From contig JBHGNT010000014.1 in assembly GCA_043228905.1 (NCBI GenBank), positions 13,082,001 through 13,146,000 on the forward strand: a stretch of DNA of 64,000 bases. The letters run 5' to 3'. Shown one piece after another: positions 1 through 13,410 of the stretch. The DNA comes from Azolla caroliniana. Lineage: Eukaryota; Plantae; Polypodiophyta. Each line of letters starts with the position of its first letter. The first letter of the stretch is position 1. Made by a program: the position numbers and the translations under genes. Under the pieces are notes generated by a model that saw only the letters and a list, made by a program, of their open reading frames with translations, made no database searches and had not been told where the DNA came from.

Positions 1-707
1 CCAACACTGAAAACTAGACGATTTGTTGCCATCATAGTGAAGATATACAACGAATTTCAACATTTCAACAAAAAATCTATTTGACAAAGGTTTGGCAATG
101 TAAAATTATTGGACGTTATCAAAGATGTTCTCAAGATCTATTTGCATCGCACTCGACACTAGAGATGTACGTCATGCAATGAATATTACGGTAAACATTC
201 GTTGTATGTTTTAGATATTACATGGAAACATGAGAATGCAGAGATAGATGTTTGACTCAGAGTAGACACTGGATAAATCAAGGATATGAAATATATTTTA
301 GTAAGAGCAATACAATCTTGACTTTTATGTACTATGGGTAGCCTCTATGATTCAGCTGTGAAGAAGGTGATACACAATTGATATGTAGAATATGATGAAC
401 GTCGAAACTACTCCAATAGATGGACCAGAAACGTAAAAGACTGATCCATGCTTGGAGTCAAATCATCCTTCATAATCACATTTGGATAGCTCAATGGTGT
501 ACTTGAATCGGCAATCAAGGGATCCAACTCTCTCTGTTCATGCATTTGTCTGAATCCAAATTTGTGTTTTCTTTCTGTCTTACTTATGAAGGTTTAACAT
601 TTCCTCCACCTAGAATCATTAGTAATATATCACATAACTGTGCTAACTTATACAGAATATTTTATGTCAATTTAAAATCTCTTGAAACTATTTTATTTCT
701 ATTTTAG

Positions 708-2310
708 GTCACTCTACTCTCTCGTGTTCACCACAAGAACCTTGTTGGATTTGTGGGTTATTCTGTTGAGAAATCACTAATGCTGGTCTATGAATTTATG
801 CCAAATGGTTCGTTGTATGACGCCCTTTCGAGTAAGTTAACCCATCCTTTATTTACATTAATGTTATTAATTGTCACAATTGTCCTAAAAAGGCTACATA
901 TTTTTTGGTTGATATGAAGAACATGAGCATATAACAGGTTTATATTTGTAGACAAATGATCATGGCGTTATTAGAATGTCCAAATTCATAACTTCACAGT
1001 GTATTTGAATCTGACAAAGGCCACCCTATTCTTAGTGCTATTAGAATCTCCTGGAGTGCACTAGATTCATGGCCCTATTAGAATCTCATTGAGAGCATTA
1101 GGTTCATGCAAAATCTGTTACCAATTCAAGAAGGAAACAAATAGTTTGCTTTAGCAGCAGTAATGTCTATGAGATTCAGTTTTGAGGAAAGATTTCTAAA
1201 ACAGAAATTTAGAGAGGAATGGAACCTAGAAATTTGCTTGACCAGAGAAATCAAGTAGAACCACCAAAAGTTTCGTTTGTATAATTAAATTGAAACTAAT
1301 ATGGTGTATACATTCATTAAGGGGTTTTATATATTTTGCTTTGTTTAATCATTAACAAAAGGAAGAAAGCCATCACGAGGACTGACATGGCTTGAGAGGT
1401 TACAAATATTGTCTGATGCTGCACAAGGTAATGCAATCCCAATAATATCTTTAATATAACGTAGTTTTCTGCGTTCTACATGTGTTGAAATAATGGTTCT
1501 CATGTAGGACTTGCATACCTACACCATGGATGTAACATTATCCATCGAGATGTGAAGAGCAGCAATATCCTATTATCTCACAATCTAGAAGGGAAAATGT
1601 CTGATTTCGGAATTTCCAAGCTGGTATCCAATGATGCTAATCCTACAACAAGGATAGTTGGTACCATGGGGTATTTAGATCCAGAGTAAGATTTTACAGC
1701 TATAATCTATCTACAACTTTTTAAGCACCACTATGCTTTCTGAAGGAAATCTTAATATTCCATCACATTACTGGTCAAAACAGTTAAGATCCTATAAACA
1801 TTTGGCTGTTTTCCCTTCTTATAACACAGGTATGCAATCACATTAACTTTGACAACAAAGGTTGATATATATAGCTTTGGGGTGGTTATCCTCGAAGCTG
1901 TATGTGGACAACAACCTGTGCTGAAAGATCCTAAAACCAAAAATAAAGACATCCTCATCGCAGAATGGGTATGATACCAAACCTTTGAAAACATTTATTG
2001 TCATTATGGATGGAAGTTTGAATTTTTTTCCAAACGCTTTCTTATTATTCAGGTGAGACCCTCGTTTGAACGGGGAGTGATTGAGGAGGTTGTTGATAAC
2101 CGACTTCAAAATGAATATAATGTGTCATCTGTATGGAAAGTGGTAGAGATTGCCATGGCATGTGTCCAATTAGAAGGCATAAAGAGACCTACAATGTATA
2201 CTATTTGTAACGACCTAGATGAAGCCTTAAGAATCGAATCAAATTCTGAGTCCTCAGCGAAGAACACCGAAGAAGTTTCATCAATATATTCAAATGTGCA
2301 AGCTCGATGA
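708..2310 (+). CDS. Receptor-like Ser/Thr kinase (LRR-I/IOS1-like kinase domain), last five exons: 708-831, 1362-1427, 1508-1685, 1830-1968, 2053-2310; 5' part lies upstream of the window
   Basis: GT-AG spliced, in-frame translation gives [24 protein letters not shown] / [14 protein letters not shown] / [34 protein letters not shown] / [14 protein letters not shown] / [21 protein letters not shown], stop TGA 2308-2310. RD-type kinase. Confidence 0.93.
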
Positions 2311-2644
2311 GGAATCATGTGGGTAAGCCCAAACATTTAGACATATTGTCTAAAATAGATATAACATTATTGTTAGTCTTATTCGGTGCGATAAATAAAA
2401 TTTATGTTACCGTCGACTTCAAAAGACAAGGATCTATTCTTTTGTGACATATAATTTGTAATATAGAACCAAGTGAACCAACTTTTCCAAAGATGAGTTT
2501 ACTTTGATGGACTTATTTAATACATAAACTTTTGAGGTGTAAATGTTTCGAAATTTGTTTTTCTTCCATCTAATTTTTTGTTGACTTCATTTTTGGAGTA
2601 TTTCACAAAGTTGTATTCCACCTGATAAATGAGTATATTCTTTT

Positions 2645-2744
2645 NNNNNNNNNNNNNNNNNNNNNNNNNNNNNNNNNNNNNNNNNNNNNNNNNNNNNNNN
2701 NNNNNNNNNNNNNNNNNNNNNNNNNNNNNNNNNNNNNNNNNNNN
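2645..2744. other. Assembly gap (100 N)
   Basis: Run of exactly 100 N, a typical scaffolding placeholder. Confidence 0.99.
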
Positions 2745-3484
2745 AAAAGCAAACGAAGTGCCCTTCCCCATACAACCATTGCATCACGACATTCCCATAG
2801 ACAATGGGAGATGCTTTCTATCTGTCCACATGCAGTACATCGAGGGTCTACATTGGGGCCTTTACCCCACGTCCCTACCGGCAAGGCTCTATGTGCAATA
2901 AGCCATAAACACATCATTATCTTGCGGTCATATTTGTCATGCCATATCATTTTCCAGAATTGATCTAGTCTCCTTTCACTTATGCCCTCCTGCATCCAAA
3001 ATTTCCTTGCCGCAACCTTGTCATGTTTTTGTTCTAGAAGAATTTGCCTCCCAATCTTCGTGTTATACCTGAAAAATTGGACCAGCTTTTCCCCATCAGT
3101 TTGTCCTTGAGTTCTCCAAAAATACCTGGTTGGGTCCCATGATAACTGATCCAAATGCCCTTCTATAGGCCAACACACTGTCGCCGGTGTGATCTCCCTT
3201 GGCTTAGGGTCAATAATCATATTCTTGCCAGTTTTTACGATCAGCCTAATCGGCTTTTCTCTTTGAAAGACTGGTTGCTCACCTCTTGCCCTTCCGTGCT
3301 CTAGTTTGTAGTAGCATACCTCGGTCGATTCTACTTTCATTCCCTTAATGCCAATTAAACAGTTTTCAGCATCTATAAGACCTGTCCACGCAATTTCAGA
3401 GGTTGTTACTTCTTCCTCTTCCAATGTATTAAGCCATGCAGCATATATCCCACAATACCACATGCTTTCAAAATGGAATTTCAT
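2745..3484 (-). mobile_element. L1/Tx1-type LINE ORF2 C-terminal fragment (zf-RVT region)
   Basis: ORF 2603..3484(-) contains FWKMIW..WLIAHRALPVG..CTACGQIESISHCLWEC..VVWG, the zf-RVT CCHC signature of plant L1; runs into the gap. Confidence 0.8.
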
Positions 3485-4250
3485 ATGATTATAGACTTGG
3501 AAGAATAGAAAAAACCCAACAAAATGGCTAATTCAAATTTCCTTCTTGCTAATTCAACATAATTCAACACTTACATATTATAGTTTTTTGAAAAATACCA
3601 CAATCAATCAAGAGACACACATAATCAAATGGAACACAAGTTTCCTCAAGGATCATATATTGAAAAAAGATATGTTGTTTGAGTATAATTTTTACAAATG
3701 TTGAAAAGTGAAGATACAATGTTCCAAAACTATTTGTTATTGTGAACAATTGTACGTAGCTTAGTCAAATATCAGATGAGAAGAATCTCGACCACACTAG
3801 TTGCAAAAAGGCATATGCCTTTTCTCATGTCCATGGACCCTACAAAAGGCACCAAACAAGGTTACCATTCAACAATTAACAAATATGACTATAGGAATAA
3901 GTAAAAACATGGATTTAGGAATGAGAATCAAACCTAGCAAAACTGAATTGCACCAAAGTTTGAACAAATATATTTAAACAACAAATCTATGTTGCAAGAA
4001 TTCTAACTTTTGAAGCATAAATATTAGTGAGATACTCCATCACTATTTATTATTGTGAACCATCGTTCTCCCACAACATTTGGGTAATGAACATCAACAA
4101 TTGTAGCACTTGTTATGCACTCTACCCCCATCATCAATCAATATACGTTGGCCCTTCAAAGTTTTCATAGCAATCGAGATATCACTATGATTATGATTTA
4201 AGGGCAACATGCTATCACAATGATTGCAATGTTGCCATGATATCTTACAA

Positions 4251-4696
4251 AACACCTTGAACATGACCAAAATGGAAAGAATAACAGAAAAATACCTAAT
4301 TTCTTACCGGCTGTTCATGAACTCGCTAGTAGTCATTACTTGAATTGTATCTATGCTCAAGGCATTCTATCTATATTGTAAATAACACCTTTGATATAAC
4401 CGTATCTTATCACCATATCAATGGAGGAAAGATGAAGAAGTATGGTTATAACTCTTTTCTTGTAACCAATAAACCTCAAGAGAATGAGAAGACAAAGACG
4501 AGAAAGGAGAAGGTGAAATGAAAGCTTAAAGCTAAATGTTGCAAGAAAACATTAGCTCATGAACATGCGATCAATTCTTATATTTCAATCTCTAATGTTT
4601 GTTGCCACTTCGTCATTTAAAACACCCCAAACATGACCAAAATGGAAAGAATAATAGAAAACTACTTACTTTCTTAGCTGCCGTTCATGAACTCTG
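4251..4696 (+). repeat. Diverged ~75-bp direct repeat (4251-4325 and 4621-4696)
   Basis: aacatgaccaaaatggaaagaataa..aaa..ttctta..gttcatgaactc is present twice. Confidence 0.75.
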
Positions 4697-4713
4697 CCTG
4701 TTGTTCCACCGAA

Positions 4714-4775
4714 AGGTTGAAATTGGAGGCCGAAGAAGCACGTAGAGGAAGGTTGAAGCCCATAGTGGAAGTATG

Positions 4776-4846
<71 letters not shown>

Positions 4847-4930
4847 TGAAATTGGAGGCCGAAGAAGCACATAGAGGAAGGTTGAAGCCCATAGTGGAAG
4901 TATGTAGAGAGAGAGAAAGAAAGAGAGAGC
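4714..4930 (+). repeat. ~65-bp unit duplicated around an (AG)n microsatellite
   Basis: aggttgaaattggaggccgaagaagcac.tagaggaaggttgaagcccatagtggaagtatg at ~4714 and ~4843, each followed by (AG)n. Confidence 0.85.
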
Positions 4931-4936
4931 CCAGAT

Positions 4937-4997
4937 GGATGTAGCTTAGTTGGTAAGGTTGCCCAATGGAGACTAGGTGGTCATGGGTTCGACCCCT
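4937..4997 (+). other. Degenerate tRNA-derived sequence (SINE head or tRNA pseudogene)
   Basis: A-box TAGCTTAGTTGG (4942) and B-box GGTTCGACCC (4986) at tRNA spacing; acceptor and anticodon stems do not pair well. Confidence 0.55.
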
Positions 4998-6993
4998 ATA
5001 TTTCACAATGGCATCTAGTGAATTAAGAGATATATAAGAAGTATATAATAGAGAGGTGAGGAAGTTGGGTTTCGAACCCACAACTGACAATCACTAGCAA
5101 CAACTGCTCCATGTTTTCCTTCTGATCGCTGCTCGAAGCTTGCCGCTCCCTGCTCCCTGCTCGCCGATTGCGTGACATCTCCAGCTCGTTGTTCTAAGGT
5201 ATCTCTCTCTCTCTTTGTGCACTCACACCTCTCCCTTGATATGTTACTACTACTCTCCCCCCAACAAAAGTATCTCCCATCTCATCGATTGCAAAATCTA
5301 GGTCTATAATAGCTGGATTTTCGTTGAGTTTAGGAAGATTAAGGTATCATTTTTCTTTCTATGAAAGGTCTGTAAGTACTCTCTGTGAAATGTTATGCTT
5401 TCCTTCTTCTATAATTGCTTGAGTTTTGAAAGGTTATGGGTCTCGTTTTCAATTTGTGAAAGATGATCCGGTGTTCGTCTTGTTCTCTATGAAAGATTGG
5501 TGCTCGCTATTGTGTTTTGTCCATTGGAAAGACTTGCTTTATTTATGCATATGGTTACCTCTGTGGACAACGGTTGTAAGTTTAGAGCTTCCTTTCAATC
5601 CGTGAAAGATATTTAGGGATTCCTTTTGTGTTTCCTAGAAGATAATTAAGGTTTCTTTTTATTATATCAAGCTGAAAAGTGCTCGTGTTTTATTTAATTC
5701 TCTGGAATTAGGGATGCATTTTTCTTTCCATGAAAGAAATGTTAGGGTTGGCTACGGGTAATTTGTGAAGATAAATATGGTTTTGTCTTATGAACTAGTG
5801 AAAGGTAGTTATGGTTTCGTTTTATGTTCTGTGGAAGTTTAGGTTTCCCTTCTATGTGTTCTGACATATTTGAATTCCCTTTTCTTATATGTGAAAGATT
5901 GGCCGCTGTTTTAATTTACCTGACATCATTAATGATGCAACTTCTATGGCCTTGGATGGTGATGAAAAAGTGGCTAACATTAAGTCAATTGGAGATGACT
6001 TCAGTGCTGATGAACATGAAGAAGACAAATTTTTTGATACTGAGAGTGAAAACGAATCTGAATCTAAGGGTGCATATATACTATGTACCACAACAAGAGT
6101 CTGCTATAATTTCTTCCTTGTAATCCATGAATTTAGAAATTGTTTCTTGAATCTTAATAGTTGTTTCTCAAATTACCCTTGGAAAAGATGCACACTTCGA
6201 AAGCCATTTCCTTTGGTTTCTAGAAAAGATGGAAATGATGGTGACTCTTTTTTTATTGCTATGTGCTATGTATTGTATGTTATCTTACTTGGACTACGTA
6301 TATATATTGGAATTTATTACGTTTGCATAGCTATCGATATCCACATGTTTAGCTTCTGTATATTTGTTTTTCTTTGTAGTACCATTCTTTTGCCTTGACC
6401 TTTTTTACATTTGTGAGAGCTGGCCAATAACAAACTTTCGACTATAATGTTAGAACTCACTAAATCATAACTAGTATGTATGGATTTAGTGGTATCGGTA
6501 ATTGTTTTGGACTGATGGAACAATGCTTCTATTATCAAGGGGGGAGGGTTTTGTCAATTGAACTCAAATGATCTCATGTGGTGCGGATACTTTGATATAT
6601 ATTATCTAGGACAACATAATGATTAGTTGACTCTCTATGTCCATATGTATATGGAGAGAAGGGGAGAGAGCACATTTGCTTTATATAATGTCCTCTATCT
6701 ATGTTGCAACCTCATATTGTGCTAAAAAAATTTGGTATGTGCTAAAAATGTTTTTTTAGCATGTTCCGGTTGACATTATCACTAGTAGGAAAGTGGCCGG
6801 TTAAAATTTTTAATTTCTGGTTAGGATCATATGCAGCAGGAAAATTTCCGGTAGGGGTTATAAACTTTTCCCAACACTGGAGGAGGCACGTTCAAAAATC
6901 CCCCCAAAAGTTCTCTTTCCTATATTTACTTAAATTTTTTTTATTTTTTATCTTCTTACTTTTTCCTTTTCCTTTTTCTTTAGATGAACAATA

Positions 6994-7045
6994 TTGGACG
7001 GCCCTGATCATCTAGGATTCCTGAGATGAGTTCAGGGCCGTCCAA
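6994..7045. repeat. Strong hairpin / inverted repeat, probably a DNA-transposon subterminal motif
   Basis: ttggacggccctga..tcagggccgtccaa forms a perfect 14-bp stem, with an inner tcatct/agatga pair. Confidence 0.6.
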
Positions 7046-7280
7046 GCCCTAGATTCACGGGCTCTTACTATTTAATGTTTCTGTATCAAATAGTGACCAT
7101 GCTGTTTGCTATACTCTCATTTAAATGCATGAAACAACAATCAAGGGCCATTAAAGGCAATGAATAGTCCATGCAACATCATGGATGTCTACCTACACGA
7201 TTTGCGATTCACATGCTGGCTTGGTGATTTAAATTATAGGAACAAAATCATCAAAGGCTTGGTCTCTTTTGGGTATTATT

Positions 7281-7312
<32 letters not shown>

Positions 7313-9024
7313 GGGTGTTATTATTGTGAAAGTTAATGTGCGGAAGCTTAGACAAACCGGCTTAGCCAAATAGCAATAGAAAATAGAGACAAGGTTTAAT
7401 TGAAAGCTTGAGAATAAATAGTATGCAGGAGAGAGAGAGAGAGATTGCCACTTCTACAAGACTTCTCAGATCGAAGGCGGACCAGATCTTCTACACATTA
7501 TTTGGAGTCGCAACATTTGGTTTTAGATGAAGAAAATACTTTGATTGGTACATCTAATGATGGGGAAGATGAGTCAACATTGTATACTAGGCTCTATAGT
7601 AGTGATTCTTATGAGAGGAATAACACTTGATTGTATTTTTGGCATGAACAATTAACAATATAAGCTTGTAAGAACTCGAATGATATAAAGCTTAATTGTT
7701 TTTACATCAATCGCTCCTTGTGAATATTGTTTGTTATAAAAAAGCCTGAGTTGTTAATTTTACGGTAAAAAACATGGCTTAAATTTGTGAAATTTGCCTA
7801 ATTTTGTGAATTTTTAGTTTTATGAAATGATGAGTCTTGGAGGACATGTCATACAAGTATCACATGTTTTGTGAGAAGGTTAAAAAAACCTTAAAATCAA
7901 ACGGAATATTCCTTATCCTTCCAATTGTGTGCGATCCTTCCACTTTTGAACGCTAACGTGTTGTGGGTTGATTAGAATGTGTGTATATAGTTTATCTTGT
8001 AATGGACCAAATAGGATTCCCACCTAAGTAAACGTTGTGTATTTTGTCCCTTGGTTATTACTATTAGTAATACAAGCTTTTCCATTTTATGCAACGATAC
8101 TCTACAATAGGTGGGTAATTATATCCTAGAATGGACAACAATGAATATTTTTGGCGTCAATGAGACATTAGCATCACATGCCAAGCTCTGATATGAACAA
8201 TCCATATAGTTATTATTATTGTCTCTCACATCATTCCAAGGTACTGATTAATCAATTTTCTCACAACCAACACATATCATTAAGTTATATAAAGTATTAG
8301 AGTTCATTAGTTGCTAAGAAACATAGTAAGATAAACTATACTGAAAGATAGGATGCCACTTTCATACCCAATATAAGAGGAGCACATAGACATTGACCTT
8401 GTTTAACCCACATACCACATACCCCACAACGAATATATGATCAAATAGAGTACATGACATGCAAATGAACTTGTAAGTTGTGGTAGAGAGAGATGAGGAA
8501 CTTGGATATAAGAAAGGCCCCATACGACCATGGAAAAGAATGAGACATTCCCCATAACTATATAAGAGCCAATATCATTTAGAAGCATTTGTGAAATATC
8601 ATTTTTAGTTAAATTACATTTGTGAAATAAGAGAGCAAGTTTTACAACTGCATGACCTCTTTAGAGGCACTAATACACTTCTTCTTCTTCTTAAAAACCT
8701 TTGGAAGTCGAATAATGGCCAACACATGTAGGTGCAACATTAGCTTGACATAAAACTCGTAGCTAGAATTATTATGGAACAAACAAAAAAAACCGCGTCA
8801 AATAATACCGACTTGTTTATGTGCCATCAGGAAAATGAATTAATATAGAGATGGAGGTTCCCTAGGGAAAGAATAACAATTAGACATGGGATGGGCCACA
8901 CGGTAAATGTAAAACCATTCAAAGAGTGACAAAGACTAGACTAGGATTGTTCATGTGGAGACTAATTATGTTTTCTATTTGGAGACTATCATGACTGAGC
9001 AATCCACACACGCGCACACGCAAT

Positions 9025-9050
9025 TATAAATATAAATATATGGGTATAAA
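9025..9050 (+). promoter_or_regulatory. Candidate TATA region of the germin-like gene
   Basis: Clustered TATAAA motifs ~150-175 bp upstream of ATG 9199. Confidence 0.4.
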
Positions 9051-9198
9051 ATGGCATTCATGCCAAGTGAAGCAGCAGAAGCAAGAGTAACCAACATTCT
9101 TGAGTAAAATATTTGTTTGGTCTTAGTGACTTATCTATCTATATCCTAGCATACTTTCCGTTTCAATTCTTATTTCATAGTCCTAAATTCTAATTATT

Positions 9199-10224
9199 AT
9201 GGCCATGAATGCGTTGATCCCCATCTTGGGTTTCACCACTATAATGATGGTGGTTATGATGACAATGGTTAATGGAGCAGATCCGGATCCGTTGGTGGAC
9301 ATCCCCACGACCGCACCCGAGAGTCAATTCGTCCTCCGAGATTTGTTAACTAATGGTGCCGTCACACGAGACAGTGGAGGTATTAGGGCCGCGGTTAACA
9401 TCACCAACCTACCCCTCACCATGTAATATACGACATTCCTTCTTCTAACACCTAAGCCCTTTAACATGCTCCTCTATCTTTATAGTGACTGATGGTTCCT
9501 TATATTTTGTTTTAGGTCGGAGGGGATCACGTACGTGCGGTTCAACATGGTGCCGTGCGGTGTGAACCTGCCGCATACTCACCCGCGTGCGACCGAGATC
9601 CTCACGCTCATATCCGGGGGACCACTCCAAGTCGGATTCGTCGACACCTCGGGTGCGCACAAGTTTGAAACAAATGTTTTTAAAATTATTCTTCTCTAGT
9701 AGTGTTACTAGGCATTTAAATTAGATGGATTCCTCATATCATCTAATTTTTAATGATTGAATTTTTCATCAAAAACAAATAGGGACTCCACACATCAACA
9801 TTCTGTACCCGGGCGATGTCACGCTCTTCCCACGCGGGCTCCTGCATTTCGAGATCAATGTCGGCAAAGTGACGGCCGACTACATCTCCGCCCTTAACAG
9901 CCAGAACCCGGGCACACTGGTTGGTTCATTAGCTCCTCATTCCTTCATTCTTCATATGTCTCTTGCTTGTGTTTCAACAAGCTTATCATCTTATATATGT
10001 TTTTTGTGTGTATGATACGTGTGTGTGTGTGTGTGTGTGTGTGCATGCAGTCCGCCAGCCTGGCGCTGTTCCAGGTGCCGGCACGTGCGCTCGCCACGTC
10101 ACTGAATGCCAGCAGGGCGGAGGTGGCTGACCTGGCATCCACGCTGTTCCCGTACGGCGACGGCCTGAAGAAGACGTCCGACAGCGGATGCATCCCCGGC
10201 CGGGACATCACCACCCTCTTCTAA
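9199..10224 (+). CDS. Germin-like / spherulin-like cupin protein, 223 aa, secreted; exons 9199-9422, 9516-9652, 9783-9919, 10051-10224
   Basis: Hydrophobic signal peptide then ADPDPLVD; germin box B GVNLPHTHPRATEI and box C PGDVTLFPRGLLHFEIN; SALNSQNPG. All introns GT-AG; exons total 672 nt, in frame to TAA. Confidence 0.92.
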
Positions 10225-11267
10225 CTAAAATCACTCCAAAATGGCATGGAGGAACGAGTAGAATGGATGGATGGATTGGATGTACTTATGATAAATAAAA
10301 GAAATGAAACATCCACCACAATTGGCTCTACAACAAAAAACTATGGCATTCATATGCACGGTTTGTGTTGCTTTTTTTCTTCTAATAAGTAAGTAGTAGA
10401 ACTATCGGAGACAGCCATGTGATCTAAGAGTTGGTGCTCCAAGTCATTGGTTATATGTACTCATGTGTTTGGAGTGTTCTTGAATTACATGGCAATGCAT
10501 GTTAATTCTTTCTTATAGACTTTCATGTACCCACCGAGTATACCTTCTACATTTAATCTACAATGAAAGCTTGGAGATGGTAAAGTGAAAGAATTTATTT
10601 ATGTAATTCGGACTCCTATATATTAATGTTTCCCTGTACACATGGGTGTTGGGTTTGTTTCCCCAATAAAGATAATGCAAAAGTAGTTTTAAATTATATT
10701 AGTTTTAAATAATATGGGGCAATATGCGTCTCTTCGTGTTTGGTTAACGGGTGTATTTTCACGAAGTTTCTAGTAAATGTAAAGAAGATGAAACCATGTA
10801 TCATGATGCTCTTCACATACAATGGGTTTTTCTAGCCCTTCGCCGTATAAGCGACACCTCTCTAAGGTTGGCATATCGCTAACCTCGGCCAATGCTTGCC
10901 ACTATTCCCACCAACAAGACCGAGACTCCACTTTTGGGGCCAATGCTACCAACATTTCTATTTTTAGGTCTACAATAGAACCTTGCTTGGACTTGGTGCC
11001 CCAAATTGCAAACCTAAGACACCAAATCAATTTTCTTTGACTTAGTCAAAAGACAAAAGTCAAACGATTTGGATCGGGTGTTATAGGTAAAGGTCATCAT
11101 CTAGCTACCAATAGTGACAATTGAAAACCCGAGTTCTTGGGAAAAGTCTCAAGTGATGACATGAGTCTCAACGTTGTTAAGAGTCTAACTAATCAGCAAG
11201 CAAAATATAAGGAAAAATAGGTGAAAGAAAGAAAAGAAGGGTGCAAAACCACATGTCAACCATCCCC

Positions 11268-11599
11268 TATCAATGGCGTGAAAAAAACCAAACCTCCTCG
11301 ATGTCCCATACCATCTAGTATTGACGTGAGTTGTAGTTTTTTTTTTCCAAAACAAAAAATATTCTTCATTAGTAGAACAAAATATACATGACAAAATGAT
11401 TAGACGAAAAAAACATTACAATGGTTGTAGCCATATCGATGGTGTGAAAAAACCCAAACCTCCTTGATGTCCCATACCATCTAGTATTGATGTGAGTTGT
11501 AGTTGTTTTTTTCGAAAACAAAAAATATTCTTCATTAGTAGAACAAAATATGCATGATGAAATGATTAGACGAAAAAACATTACAATGGTTGTAGCCAT
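11268..11599 (+). repeat. Tandem duplication, 2 x ~166 bp
   Basis: ..gtgaaaaaa.ccaaacctcct.gatgtcccataccatctagtattga..cattacaatggttgtagccat repeated. Confidence 0.85.
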
Positions 11600-12391
11600 G
11601 ATGACCTTTGAAAACCACAACTAAGGGTAGTGAAAGACAAAAAAGGAATGACATGAGACATTGTACATGTAATGAACATAGAACTTTATCCTTCGTTTGA
11701 ATGTGACCATGTCCTCGAGTTCCCTAATGAGAACAATTTTCCTTTGTTTTCCTTTAACCTAGTCTCCACCTTGGAATAAAACGTGGTGGGCCACCTTGGT
11801 TAGCCCACAACTATCCTCTCCCATGTCGAAACCGACCATCTCCTTCATCTCCATGACCTTTATCACAACCTCAATAAGTATTCTTCATGTGATGTGAGTT
11901 GTAGTTTGGGTTCCACTAAGATCACATGTGCTTAGGTAACAAAAGCCATGACCACATTGACCACGACTCCCTTGATAAGAAGGTAGCTAGCATTCTTATC
12001 TAGGTAGAAACCCTAGGCCTTGGTTTGTTCATAAACTTGACTACTTCATGTGAAATAGTCAAATGGTAACACACTCTATAGTTATCTCATACCGTCAAAT
12101 AGTAATTCAATTCATAACCTTAATTCGTTTTGTACTTACACACATGTACTCATCGTAGGATTAAAGAAAACTATGGAAAACCTATCTCATGATAAGTTAT
12201 GGTTATGCACATAACACATAAAAGTGAATTAGATTACCATGAACATCTCATTAGATATGTATGACCAACTAATTGGAGACAATTATGTGACAATTCTTGG
12301 AGGCTCGACTAGGATTCAAGTACAATTTTCTATTAAATCTTCATCTCTTCTTCAATCACATTTTTTTTTTCATTTGGTACAATAATTTGGT

Positions 12392-13410
12392 CTTGAAAGT
12401 GCATCTTTGGCTGATAAATCGATGTCATCACTACGGGTTGGAGTCTTGCTATAAATGAGCTTCATGGTTCAAGTTCACCAAATAAACTTCCATTTGATCA
12501 AGTTCTGCATACCTTGAAAGTGCATCTTTGCCAGATAGATCAATGCCATCAATAAGGGTTGGAATCTTCTTATAATTGAGCTTCATGGTTCGACTCAACA
12601 AAATAAGCTTCCATTTGAGCAAGTTGTGCATATGTTGAAACTGCATCTTTGGTTGATAGATCGATGCCATCACAAAAGGTTGGAATCTTGTTATAAATGA
12701 GCTTCATGGTTCAAGTTCATGAGCTTCTTGCAGAAACTCAACATGTGTCTCTCAAACTCACAAGTAAAGATGTAGTATTGTGGAATGCATTAATTTCAGG
12801 ATATACTGAATGTGGGGATGTTGAGAAGGTGATCTGTTGTATTGAGAAAATGTAACAAAAAGGTGTTTCTCAAGACACTATACCATTACTTTGCAGCGTG
12901 AAATCATACAATAGTCTAGTATTCATCAAGAAATGCATGCTGAGATAATTAAGAAAGGATTCGACAAACATCTTCTTATTGGCAATTGGATTGATTGAAG
13001 TAGCATGTCAAGTTTTTGATAACTTGCCAATCAAAGATGTGATCCTATGGACTGCACTAATAATTGGTTATGTAGAACATGAGCATGGTGAGGAAGCACT
13101 AAACCTCATGAAGGAGATGCAAACACATAATATCTTGCCAAATACATTTGTACTTGGTTTTTGCTTGAAAGTTTGTGGTGATACTCGAGATGCTGAGAAT
13201 GGGGAAATTTCAGGAAGTGCTCAATCATTTCTATCAAATGAAGGATCCATGCATAGCCATCGTCTTACACAAGACGAGTTGGGAAGAATTGTCGCTTCTC
13301 TATATTGTATTATGTATCTGATATGCCTTTTTAAAACTAATGGAAGAATATGTTGTTATGGGAAAAAAAGTTCATGAAATAACCTTCCATTTGATCAAAT
13401 TGTGCATATG
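12392..13410 (+). repeat. 121-bp tandem repeat x3; third unit interrupted by the PPR retrocopy and resuming at 13378
   Basis: Units start at 12392, 12513 and 12634 (ttgaaa.tgcatctttg); the unit tail aataaccttccatttgatcaa resumes after 13377. Confidence 0.85.
12723..13367 (+). pseudogene. 5'-truncated PLS-class PPR pseudogene (probable retrocopy)
   Basis: LLAETQHV..KDVVLWNALISGY..EKM*QKGV and QVFDNLPIKDVILWTALIIGYVEHEHGEEAL..CLKVCG, with a stop and frameshifts; flanked by aagttcatga on both sides and ending in an A-run. Confidence 0.85.

Noticed and set aside
4666-5090. ORFs with SLSLSL / RERERE runs
   Set aside because: Translations of the (AG)n microsatellite
5946-6398. Acidic ORF MALDGDEK..ESESK with possible splice sites
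   Set aside because: No recognisable domain and no convincing downstream exons; may be a transposon or gene fragment
6780-6879. CACTA-like start (cactagtagg) and hAT-like end (cccaacactg)
   Set aside because: Could not find the partner terminus or TSD for either
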